In this document: positions 13,830 to 26,142 of the stretch, in pieces
Layout: every line of letters begins with the position of its first letter
Numbering within the stretch: position 1 is the stretch's first letter
NCBI GenBank assembly: GCA_951406725.2
Contig: OX597826.1
Span: 60,388,001-60,452,000, forward strand
Source of the DNA: Octopus vulgaris
Taxonomy: Eukaryota
Reading direction: 5' to 3'
Length of the DNA: 64,000 nucleotides
The notes under the pieces: generated by a model
Seen by the model: the letters and a program-made list of their open reading frames with translations, nothing else
What the model was told of the DNA's origin: nothing
Databases searched by the model: none
Program-made: the position numbers and the translations under genes

Positions 13830-15100
13830 ATGTCTGATGAAGACTTCAGCTTTTCAGATGTATCGTCTTCAGAGAAGGAATTTTTGAAAACGGTCAAGAA
13901 AATGGACGGAAAATTAAATGAAAAAGAGAGAAACTTTGCGGACGTAGCAAAGTGTGCCAGGAAAATGATATTAATATTGGCGAATTTAAAAATTACAAAA
14001 ATTTATTATTATTCGGGGTGGATTTGACGTTAAATTGTATCTCCCGCAAGAGACGCTTAATAATATCAAAGAAAGAACAATTTTTTACAAAACATTCTCA
14101 ATAATTGAAGGAAAAATGGAAGTCATGACAACAGGTCAAATAGAGAAAGCGTTAAGACCAATATGGCATGAAACTGTGTACCTTACGAGAGGGACTAAAT
14201 TCGGAGTAGTGGAGGTGAGATTCAAGGATGCGGCAACAGCAAAAAAAGCACGCAGGGACTACTATTATGAATGCGGAAGTGGTGCCTTTGCCCACTTACC
14301 CTGGACAACGTGCGACCAGAGTTAGGATGGAGGGAAACCACCAGAGATAGATGTGGCCTAGATAGTAGCCGCTGTCCTTCTGGGAAATAAGGACAACATA
14401 GTTGTTGTCCAGGCCACAAAAACGCAAAGTGTTATACGGAAGGAATATATACCGGACATGATTATTCAAGGTTCAACCGAAAACCTAGAAAACATTACAG
14501 AAACAATAATTATGGATGACATGATCATGAGGGCCATGGTGGAGGGCAGAATCCCTCGATGCTTTAAATGTGGCCTGAAGGGCTTCATCAGAGCGGACTG
14601 GCCTTCACCAACCAAAATTACGGGGGAGATACAAGAGGAAGCGCCCCAGAAAGAGCAAGAAAATAAGGAGGAAGAAAAATATCACAGAAGTAGAGAAGAA
14701 AGAAACACTACGAATGGGAAACAATAGGCAAAAAGAACAAGAGAAATAGAAAAACATCAAGCCCCATAACCACACCCTCTTCGACCCACTCTCTCCCTAC
14801 AGACACCAAACCTGCCCATGCATCTCTGACATAAAAATGAACAGACAAGAACTCCCAAATTCTCCCCACCCCCCTCACAAGACAAAAAATAAAAAGAAAA
14901 AATGCCACGCATTAATGTATGATGACTCAAATGGAAAACTGAGTAAGGAAGTGTTATCTTGGGAAGACTTTAAAGCGGATGGAACAACGAGTTTTCACAA
15001 CATAAAGGGATGGCACTGTAGCGTGTTGTGCTCGGATGTACTGAAAAAAAATGGATCTTTTCGCTTTGACCGGCAGATTTTTAAAATAATTTCTTTGTAA
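13830..15100 (+). pseudogene. Disrupted LINE ORF1/Gag-like gene (L1/Tx1-type) with a degenerate CCHC zinc knuckle
   Basis: Successive frameshifted ORFs (13818, 14035, 14458, 14837). RRM-like GVVEVRF segment, then VEGRIPRCFKCGLKGFIRADWP (CX2CX4HX4C with H>F and C>W), then a charged low-complexity tail. No ORF2. Confidence 0.7.
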
Positions 15101-15122
15101 CTAAACACTGGTAATATTGAAA

Positions 15123-15550
15123 ACGGTGAGCTGGCGCATTCGTTAGTACGCCCGGTAAACTGCTAAGCGGCATTTCGTCCGTCATAAGGATCGGAGTTCA
15201 AATTCCGCCAAGGTAAACTTTCTCTTTCATTATTTCGGGTTCGATGAAATAAGTAGCAGTTGAGCACTAGGTTCGATGTGCTAAAGTTTAAAGGTCTTGT
15301 GCTAAAGTTCGAAGCTAATACCGACACCTCTGTAAGGTGGGGAGCTGGCAGAATCGGTAGTAGAGCAGGCAAAATGCTTGGCGGCATTTCGTCCGTTCTT
15401 ACGATCTGTGTTCAAATTCTGCCAAGGCCGACATTATCTTTCATCCTTTCAAGGCCGATAATATAAGTAGCAGTTGGGCACTGAGGTCGATGTAATCAGC
15501 TAAGACCCTCCACCAAAATTGCTGGCCTTGTGCCAAAATTTGAAACGAAA
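15123..15550 (+). mobile_element. Two tandem copies of SINE family B
   Basis: Heads cggtgagctggcgcattcgttag (15124) and ggtgggagctggcagaatcggtag (15336), each followed by gttcaaattc (B box) and the tttcatcctttc core. Confidence 0.85.
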
Positions 15551-15944
15551 CTGCTGGTAGCTGGTGATGTTGGTATTGACGTTGGTGGAGGCATTGGTTA
15601 GTGTCATGTATAGGAAGGTGATGTGCTAGCTTATTAATATAATGTATGGTTCGTGGTGATACGGGTCATAGTTTTTTCGGTTTTAGAGCCAGACGCGGTG
15701 TTGGACAGGTAGCGGGTGATGGTTGTAGCCATAGTGTGAATGGGTGTGGGATAGGAAACATATGACGCTTGGTTAGTTCGATCTGCCTACCTTGTAAATT
15801 ATGACTCGTATGGTTTTCAATTAGACGGTAATTTCTGGTCTAACACCACCGCAGTCACACATAAACGCATATGCACACGCACTCACTTCTACCAACCAGA
15901 TGTATTCATGCATGCATTTGCATAAAGCTCCACACGCTCACACG

Positions 15945-16016
<72 letters not shown>

Positions 16017-16050
16017 CGTATATTTGCATGTATGTATGTATGTATGCATG

Positions 16051-16087
<37 letters not shown>

Positions 16088-16527
16088 GTCTGTATGTATG
16101 CATGTACGTATGCATATATAGGTATATACATACACATATACACATATATAATATATATATATATGTGCACATACATGTATATCAAATATCTGTGTGTATG
16201 TAGTTGTGTATGTATATATGAATGTATGTATGTATATATGTATATATGTATGTATGTATGTATGTATGCATGTATGTATGTATCCATCTATGTATGTATG
16301 TATGTATTAGAAGTAATAATTGCTTTTGGCAGAGATTTTGACGTTCCAAGTTAAGGTTGAGGTTGCAAGAGGTTCGGTATTAATTTTGTTATCGGTAAAG
16401 TGATACTGTGTAGAGAATGATAATGATGATGCTGGTCACGGTGATGAAATGTTGCGGTTGAGGTGGGCGGGCTCTTATACTGCCTATTCCTCAAACAGTG
16501 ACGCTGAAGGTTCCGTCATTCGCAGTG

Positions 16528-16604
<77 letters not shown>

Positions 16605-16920
16605 TCACATGTCTTGCTGCTGATAGTAGTAGTGCGATTAAGGTGATTCGTTCTTCACGGACGTGCGAAGTTACTCGAACGGAAAATTAGTAGCACCGAT
16701 TCATGTCTCCTTGGCTCTCTCTGTTATACAATACTTTTATACTGTTTGACATGTTCTCAGAATGTTGTATAAATCTTTGGCTGTTTAATGACAATTTTAG
16801 TGCCACATTATATATACATCGTACTTAGTGAAAACCACAACTGTGCTACTTCTCTCATGCACAGATATTGTCCCTTTACATTTCAATATTGTATGGCTAT
16901 GCATTTCAAAGTAAAATCCA

Positions 16921-17071
16921 ATTTCTTTACTACCCACAAGGGGCTAAACACAGAGAGGACAAACAAGGACAGACAAACGGATTAAGTCGATCGTATCGAC
17001 CCCAGTGCGTAACTGGTACTTATTTAATCGACCCCGAAAGGATGAAAGGCAAACTCGACCTCGGCGGAATT
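16921..17071 (-). mobile_element. 3' portion of a young SINE family B copy
   Basis: Reverse complement: aattccgccgaggtcgagtttgcctttcatcctttcggggtcgattaaataagtaccagttacgcactgggg...gggtagtaaagaaat. Confidence 0.85.
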
Positions 17072-17862
17072 TTACAGTAAAATCCACCATGTATTTAACA
17101 TTTTTAGCCCGACATCGTACGATCTAATGAAAATGGAAAGAAAAATTCACAGTAGTCAATTGCTAACATGGATGTATATTTTGGGTATCAACGTAGGTGT
17201 GTGCGTGCGCATACATATACGCATCTACGGATGATGTTGTTTGGGCCTGGATCCCAAGTTCCAACATTCCATACGCAGCAATCATTACCCGCTCTTCTAG
17301 CAGGCCGTCTATATCTCGGAGGTTTATATATGGTAACTGCATGTTTGTGACTCATATTCGCTGTCTGTCTGACGAAAGGTTTGAATTTATTACGCATGGA
17401 GCAAGCATGAAACGCATCTGAAGATTGCATTTGTAGTATGACATCATGTGTTATCGAATATTAAAACGTATGTAACAGATGAAAAAATGGGTATCAAGTT
17501 TAAGCACAAGTTGTTAACTTACATTATACATGCATATATACATACACACACATGCTTATGAATATATATCATATTCACACTTACAAATATATACATATAT
17601 ACTTGTGTGTATATATATATATACTTGTGTATGTATGTTTATATATATACGTGTAGGTACGTATGTATATACATACATATACTCAGTGGTTAAAAAATAA
17701 ACAACTGAACTGGACAAACAAGTTTATATCATGCCCATATATTCACACAGTTGAACAAAAATAAATACATATTAAAATACCAGGGCGTTCGGTACACAAA
17801 ACTCGAAGGTATAAGAAAATACATATATACACACATAAAAAAAAGTGTGAAAAAACTATAAA

Positions 17863-18361
17863 TACGTTTGTGACATACTTTCACTTCTAAAAGCAATTTC
17901 ACTGCCGTTTACTGTAGAGAACATATTCTCGGTTATGTTAGGCAAATACGCTATTATCACCTTCGTGTCACTCTCTTGGACTCTTGAACACATTTCTCGC
18001 TAGTTATGCCTTCCTAAGCAGGAGAAGATAACTTTGATGCAACATATAAAAGAACAGTCGATACCGACGACTGGCTCGCGCTCGGCGCCGGCCCGGTCTC
18101 GGTAAATTCATAACTATTAGCGCCAGAAGTGATGAGAAATAAGCAAACTAAACGTTGGTTCAAATATAACTGTAACATACTTTCACCTCTAAAGAAAATT
18201 TCACTCCAGTTTAAGTTAGAGAAAAAATTCTCGCTTTTGATAAGATGTATTTACACTTACGATAATAGTGCATTTACACCTTAACATATGCAACAACATT
18301 TTTCCCCCACGTAGTGTAATTGCCTTTGGAAGTGAAAATATGTGATAAATATATTTGAAAT
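17863..18361 (+). repeat. Left arm of a ~500 bp inverted repeat
   Basis: Colinear reverse complement of 19923-20443, with scattered substitutions and small indels. Confidence 0.9.
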
Positions 18362-18378
18362 GTCCTTGGCTCTATATT

Positions 18379-18495
18379 AAGAAATTTGCTTCACGGCCGC
18401 AGGACTCTAGGATCAGTCCACTTGCGTGAAACATTGGGAAAGTGCCTTCTACTATAGCCTCAGGTAGGCCAAAACCTTGTGGATGGATTTGGTCA
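18379..18495 (+). mobile_element. Decayed 5' half of SINE family A
   Basis: aagtgccttctactatagcctcaggtaggccaaaaccttgtggatggatttggt matches 62418-62471. Confidence 0.7.
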
Positions 18496-18565
18496 TTGTA
18501 TGAATGCGAGAATGTGTCTGTGTGTGCGTGTGTGTGTGAGTGTGTCTGTGTATGCATACATATTC

Positions 18566-18624
<59 letters not shown>

Positions 18625-18769
18625 TTGGATGCAAAACCATAGCCTCCTTCTAAATCTTGATCACTCCATATGACAACTTTGCAAAACAAAATTTTACCCT
18701 AAAATGGACCTTCTTGTAAAAAGTATATAGAAAGAAATCAATGAAAAATGCTCCATAACATATCAACGC

Positions 18770-19640
18770 TACCTGACAAAAGAAACGTTATTTGGATACA
18801 TCTTGGCAAGCATACGCACTTCTCAGGTGGTTTCAGGTATTCTAAACTTGACTCGAAAAGCTAACTCCATGTGCTGCTACTACGTTAGACATAGAGTGGG
18901 CAAATGATTGCCAAAAGATATTTGTCTAATGTCTATAGATATCCAAGTGAACAACTATTTCCAAATATGAATGTCGTATAGTGTTGACCTAACCATACAC
19001 TGATGGAACTCAATACAATTAAACAATGTCACTAGAAGTAAACCATCTCAATGCAACAATTGATCCAAGAGAAAAGTTAATCTGAACATTCCAAAGACCA
19101 CGGAGAGTGCTGTCGGTCCTTTTTGCCTTTGAAACGTCGTAGATCATGCGTAAACATTAAAATCAGCATTTGTATCTATATTTATTCATAAAGTAAAGAA
19201 CAGGTTGTACGGTGCCCTGTGTAGATAGATAAAAAGATAGGACAAAAACAACATAACAAGCGGAAGTCAAACAAAACACAACATACGGAAACTACACGAT
19301 AACATAACAAACGGTAACACTGGCACCAGCTGGATTCGAATAGCCTCAGTATAAAGGGGTGTGAAAATATAATGACTTTCTAGAAACAAACTGAAGAGGA
19401 AATCTGCTACGATTTCGTTTCTGTCCTGTTTGCCGTTTGATATGATATATTTATTTATACTTGTATTTGTATGCACTTCGATGTGCTCTGAAGTCGTAAT
19501 TACCGGCCATTTCTCAGGTAGAGTTTCCTGGTCCTCCAACTACTTTACAATTAGCAAGTTATCTAATTAATTGCATAGCTGTGCCCTGAAGCTGAGACTG
19601 TTAGCATCCTAAGGTCTTAGCTGTTGAAGCCTTCTATTAT
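18770..19640 (-). pseudogene. Possible very decayed RTE-like reverse transcriptase remnant
   Basis: Order of weak motifs on the minus strand (AKTLGC ... LLIVK*LEDQETLPEKW ... KQDRNE) resembles the RT pre-domain KAPGxD ... IWxxExIPxxW ... KGDR. Many disablements. Confidence 0.25.
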
Positions 19641-19922
19641 TATTGCTGTCTCTTCTCGCAGCCCTCTTTTTCTCTCCGTTTTTTTCTACCTCTGCACACA
19701 AGGACAGCATGCACAACAACCAAATTGTGTAACGCCTTTTCTTATCTAATTTTTGTACGAGTTTCTTTACGACCAGAATAACTATACAAACTCTAGGCAA
19801 CTACGGGTAAGCTCTCTGGTCGCCACCTAGCCATAGAGGTGAAGAAGAGCTATGTAACTCTGCCAATATCTGTAGTCGTAATTGTCAACTTCGTTAGACT
19901 CATTCACAGTGAAGATAAATAT

Positions 19923-20443
19923 ATTTCAGATATATTTATCACATATTTTCACTTCGAAAGGCAATTACACAACGGGGGGAAAATGTTGTTGCATATGTTA
20001 AGGCGTGAATGCACTATTACCGTAAGTGTAAATACAGCTTACCAAAAGTGAGAATTACTTCTCTAACTTAAACTGGAGTGAAATTTTCTTTAGAGGTGAA
20101 TGTATGTTACAATTATAGTTGAACGAGCGTTTAGTTTATTTATTTCTCGTCACTTCTGGCGCTAATAGTTATGAATATATCGAAATCGGGCGCTACTAGT
20201 TATGACTATATCGAGTCAGTCGCCGGTATGACTGTTCTTTTATAAAACTACGGGTTTCTTGTTATATCAAACTTATCTTCTCCTACTTAGCAAGGCATAA
20301 CTAGTGAGAAATGTGTTCAAGAGTCCAACAGAGAGTGACACGAAGGTGATAACAGCGTATTTGCTTAACATGAGCGAGAATATGTTCTCTACGGTAAACG
20401 GCAGTGAAATTGACTTTAGAAGTGAAAGTATGTCGCAAACGTA
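19923..20443 (-). repeat. Right arm of a ~500 bp inverted repeat
   Basis: Reverse complement of 17863-18361. Confidence 0.9.
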
Positions 20444-20647
20444 GATAGAAGGGCGATACCACTAACAGTGCATGTCTTCTTACCTCATCCAGATTCATCA
20501 ATCTCAGACACGCTTTTATATTACTTGTGTTGGTCGATGAAGCAAACGTTCTCTTGTGTATAAAAAAAAATATTATTTATTCCAGAGCTCACGGAAATAA
20601 TTATTTTATTTCTTTTAACAAACTTATGTGGCTACATTTATTTCTGA

Positions 20648-21044
20648 GTAGCAGTATCGCCCGGCGTTGCTCGGATTTGTTTCGACCATTTAGAATTGGA
20701 ATTTTTGAAAAGTAAAACATTTGTATTATGTAGCTTGTTATTCTCTTTAAGTAAACATTTTCCTGGTTGAAATACACCGACAAATGGCGACAGAGCAGTA
20801 AAAACAATCGTAAAAGATAGGGATTTTCATAGAAAAAAAAAGCACCTTTTTGATGTAAATAATTTTTGGTGTTAACATGGTCCGATTTAAATTTTTTCTT
20901 CTACGGAAGGAAGAGCAAGCCTTTTTCTATCATACTCTCCATATTGGTCAAGTTGCGTCGTAGGGTCTCGGAGGAGATAGTGTTAGTTGAAGGCTACCAA
21001 AACTGCCATACACAGACAACTTCAGCTTTATATATATAGAGAGA
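20648..21044 (-). mobile_element. Non-autonomous Helitron-like element
   Basis: Minus strand starts A|TCTCTCTATATATATAAAGCTG and ends with hairpin ccgagcaacgccgg plus atactgCTAC|T (CTAG variant). The 3' ~30 bp are near-identical to 43722-43752. Confidence 0.75.
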
Positions 21045-21727
21045 TATACCTCGGTGATTTCTTCTTCCTTCAGCTGGGTCATATCAAGCTTATCTTTTTG
21101 GCACTGATCTTAATTTTCAATTAAGATTTGTGAGTTTCTCTATCCAATTACAATTACTGTTTTCTACAATACGTTTTGCAGAATAGAAGTGGATACATCT
21201 ACCGTTATCATGGATTACAAAACAATATCTATCAGCCGTAACTGAGGCTCCCATCTTCAAACAGGGGTAGGATTAGGAGTGTTAGCATGTGACAAAAAAT
21301 AAACTCACACGCACACCAACACATATACACATACACACACGCACACACAGACACAAGAGCGGGTGCACACACACACACACATATGGGGTATGTTAAAAGA
21401 AGGTCACGTAAGAATTGGACTACGAAAAAACCGCAGCGATAATAACGTAAAAGACAAATAATATAAATGATAAAAAATGATAAAAAGCCGTAAAGGATGC
21501 TTATTTTTATAAATGAAAATTTGAAGAACATATATACGAGACGCATTCTGGGTCACAACATTTCTCAGAGAACAACAGCAGTACCATAGTCATCAACAAT
21601 TACAACTACAAATTAAATAACAAAAATAATATTAATAACACTACTGCTCTAAGATGCTAACTAACAATCTAGCTATCTTTCTATATTTCATATATATCTT
21701 GTACATTCATATATAAGTACATAAAAT

Positions 21728-21841
<114 letters not shown>

Positions 21842-21847
21842 CATATA

Positions 21848-22054
21848 TCGCCATGTTGATTCGTTAGCTACTGCACGCATTTTTTCTCTCCTTCTTTCTG
21901 TGTTTTTCTCTCTGTGTATCTTTCTGTTGAAGAGCGTAGGCTCGAAACGTTAAATACTTGTTTTATTTATATTTCCTGAGCGCCATACTAATACAATTGT
22001 TCGTTTGTTTTCCACCTGCCTTCGTCTTTTGTTTATTTTCATAAAGCTTCCCGT
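21848..22054 (+). mobile_element. Dispersed ~200 bp repeat with a hammerhead-like motif (Penelope pLTR/retrozyme-like), flanked by (TA)n
   Basis: Homologous to 31570-31741. Motif CTGTTGAA-GAGC(GTAG)GCTC-GAAACGTT at 21924-21951. Confidence 0.65.
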
Positions 22055-22086
22055 TATATATATATATACCTACATATATATATATG

Positions 22087-22117
<31 letters not shown>

Positions 22118-22270
22118 GCATACATACACAAATGCATATATGTATGTATGTGTATATATATATATACATATATGTATGTATGTATATATATTTATGTATG
22201 TATATATTTTAAGCATTTGTTTGTGCACGTATGTTTCTACCAGTGAATGTAACTCTACGTATATGCAATG

Positions 22271-22314
<44 letters not shown>

Positions 22315-22635
22315 GTGTATGAGGTCTGGTGTGTGTGTGAGTGTATGTGCTGGCGTGAATGTGCTTGTGAATATGTGTGTTTGGGGAGGGGCGCGCGTGT
22401 GAAGGCAAAATAAATTGACCAGGTTTAGCAACATTTTATTCCACACATCGTCAGCCTTATTGGAATTCAGGAAAATTCGACACTGTAAAGATTTGTTATT
22501 CAACGAAGTAGATTAAGAATTTATAGGAAAATAGATTTCTTAATAGCTTCCTGCTTGGAATATTGAAATACACTGTTTCTGGGTTTCTAGCGTCAAATTT
22601 GTATCTATTCCTGTAAATATTCATATATATACGTA

Positions 22636-22688
<53 letters not shown>

Positions 22689-23203
22689 TTATTTATTTAT
22701 TTATATATTTATTTATTTATATATATATATTTATATATATATATTTATATATATATATAGAGAGATGTATGCATACATCTATATATATATATATATATAT
22801 ACATACCTATCTATATATATATGTGTGTGTGTACATATCACATACACACACACATTTATAGACATATCTATTAGTGCATCTAGGTATTTTCGTAAATGTG
22901 TGATAAAGCGAGTGTACGTATGCTATCCCATTTGTATTTATATATACGGGAAGATGGTTGTGTGCACGTTTGTATAGGCATGTTCGTGTATGTATGATCC
23001 TATCTGAATGTATTTATTAATTCATTTATAGCTTTACGTTCCTAACGTACACAAATATAAATTTGCCCCAAAACATTTTAATATTCAATGTATATATTTT
23101 TATACGAGTATTTCTCTATGTATATATATATCTATATATCTATGTACGACTGTATGTGCATATGTATGTATATATATGTGTGTGTGCGTTTGTACATATG
23201 TAC

Positions 23204-23245
<42 letters not shown>

Positions 23246-23365
23246 TTATATATATATATATACATACATATACACAGAGACGTATATATGTGTGGGTATA
23301 ATGCGAAAGAGTACCTCCTTTCCGCCGTGTGGGCATGCAAGCTGGCGTGCATAGCTGTGTCTGTG

Positions 23366-23409
<44 letters not shown>

Positions 23410-23476
23410 AAGATAAATAGATAGATATATTACTTCAGATACGTACAGGTAAACATTTCAAATATTTAAAGAGTTG

Positions 23477-23572
<96 letters not shown>

Positions 23573-23611
23573 CATATATATATATATACATGTATATATA
23601 TATATACATAT

Positions 23612-23660
<49 letters not shown>

Positions 23661-24248
23661 CACACTCACACAAATACGACTAACCACACGTTGGCAGCCA
23701 GTACAAAAGCACACAAATATTGATATTTTATTGAAGATATAAACATATATGCGTGCGCATGTACACACAGGTGAAAGTATGTATTCAAGTATATGGTTGC
23801 GAACAACTATTAATATATAATAGAGTAATTAATTCAATTATCGATTTATTAACATTTAAAATTATAGATTTCCATTATGATATGTAAATTTGTGTCAGTT
23901 CCTATATATTTTGCAAAATCATCACATATCTTCATAAGCTTTTTATAATTGCCCGACTATATATGCATACTCTCAAACAGACACACACACACACACACAG
24001 AGGCACACACATATGAAGAAGGCAGAAAGAGTGAGTATAATTCTTCGCTAGTAAGTATATATATACATATGAGTGTGTGTGTGTGTTTGCGGGTGTGCAT
24101 GTGTGCATGTTTGTGTGTGTGTGTTCGTGAGTGTGCAGATGTTCACGTATGCTTGAGTATTTGTGAGAATTCGTATTTGAAATATGTCCGTATATTTATG
24201 GGTAGCATTTATAAATATATACAATATTCATGCAGATATGTTAAAACA

Positions 24249-24305
<57 letters not shown>

Positions 24306-24314
24306 ATACACAAA

Positions 24315-24360
<46 letters not shown>

Positions 24361-24402
24361 TATATTTACGTGAGTTGAATTTTATATATCCCTATGTGTA
24401 GT

Positions 24403-24790
24403 TAGCTCGCTTTGTACACATACTTATGGTTTTATGGTTTTGAGTTCGGCCCAACTGCGCGTCACCATGAGAAAATATCTCCTGCTATATCTGCATGTTG
24501 ACTAATGCAGTGAATCCGGTGGATGGAAATCAACCGGAATGTCATGGTGTGTACAAATATTTATACGCCTCTGTGTTTCTCTGTGTGTGTGGGAGGTATT
24601 TGTGCATATGGATTGGCGTTATCGTCACTGTTTAACAAACCGGCATACTTTATCTATGTTACCGAAGGCTACCGGTTTCCTAAGAATTGAGCGCGATAGC
24701 ATAAGTATCCGTGTTACTATTAAATATTATGACAGGTTTCCTCGATTAAAATACCAAAAGCCGTGCGGCAGCATCGCGAGAGTTCAGTGA
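24403..24790 (+). mobile_element. Heavily decayed SINE family A
   Basis: gagttcggcccaactgcgcgtcaccatgag, gtgaatccggtggatggaaa and gatagcataagtatcc blocks lie in the family A order. Confidence 0.55.
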
Positions 24791-24829
24791 CTTATATAAT
24801 AAAAGAAATAAGGAGTATATTGTAAGAAT

Positions 24830-25135
24830 GGAGAGACTCTAATTTGCAGTGTATAGTTCTATCATGGCCAAATATGCCGTTGCATTATTGACTTCTATTG
24901 AGAAGAATTATATCAAATGTTAAACAGTTTACACTGAATGAAAAGCACTCTGTGACGGCCATAGTCCAAACGTTTTCGGAAAGTATGGATTCTCAACAAA
25001 ATTATGAACTCACTTGTCATATTCTACTGGACAAAAGCTTCCCATTGTAACCGACACATAAAATCCTTTACAAAATGGATCATAACTGATGGCATAAGTT
25101 ATATCAACACAAACTTGGCTCCTACGCTTCAATGT
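24830..25135 (+). pseudogene. Possible RTE-clade RT remnant
   Basis: Broken translation ...KAL...FGKYGFSTKL ... ITDGI...LAPTL resembles ALW..L.KxGxPxK ... ITNGVKQGCVLAPTLF. Confidence 0.3.
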
Positions 25136-25911
25136 GGAGCTGAGTTAAGAGGTTGTTAGTAACAAAAAAATATCCTGCAAAATATATCGAATGCTACTTC
25201 TTTATTTATATGTGCGTGTGTATGTATATATATGGACCATCTAGACCTAGAATTAGCCTAAGATACCACAAGCCTAACTTTCACATTGATTCAAATGTAA
25301 GGAACATCTACCCTTGTAAATTCGGCCTAGAAAAACTCAGCAAAATTTTTATAGACACATACCTACTCTCACTTAAATCAAAAATAAAACTCTGCCTGTG
25401 GTGTAAAACACTAGATTCAATTAACCGGTTACTAATTTACACGATAAGAGAAAATGTAAATTCATACTAATGGACATTAACGACTATAACCAATCTATTA
25501 ACTCAATATTAAAAAATAAGGCACTTATCTTCGGCAAGAACGCAACTAACTTATTTATGATAGAAAGTAAGATTATACTTGAAGCTAGAAAGACGGTAAT
25601 ATTACATGAAGTAAAATATTGGACCAGGAAAGACAAACCAGGCTGCTTCGATATACTCATGGGCGCACAAGACTCCGCAGAATTAGCCAACTTAGTCGGA
25701 ATATACCTGCTGCACACATTGAAAGAAGAATTCCCTGAATTCGAAGGTGGATTATAGCGGGACGACGCACTATTCTTAGTTAGGAATACCACAAATAGAA
25801 AATTAGAACTCTGCAACAAAAGACTACACGCATTTTTTTAAAACCAAGGACGATCTATTACCATTGAAAACGATAAAAACTCTGTTAACTTCCTAGACGT
25901 CAACTTCAACC

Positions 25912-26142
25912 TTAACCTATTAAGTCCCAGAGTACTTAAATTTCTGAATATTACTTCAAAATTTGAACAGATGAATGAAAAGAGGTTAAAATGGAAAAAA
26001 TAATCATTAAAACTCCTTTACTCCCAGTACAAATGTAAATACTCAGTGACCTATAAATAGGACACTTTGACAATTTGATATGGCTTATTTAATGTTCTCA
26101 TTTAGTGTCCTATATATAGAACAGTTGGTCTTAATGAGTTAA
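25912..26142. mobile_element. piggyBac-type MITE inserted in the Penelope RT
   Basis: TTAA at 25912-25915 and 26139-26142, imperfect TIRs cctattaagtccca / tggtcttaatgag. Removing it restores FLDVNFNL-NTSTHQTYNKPN. Confidence 0.85.
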
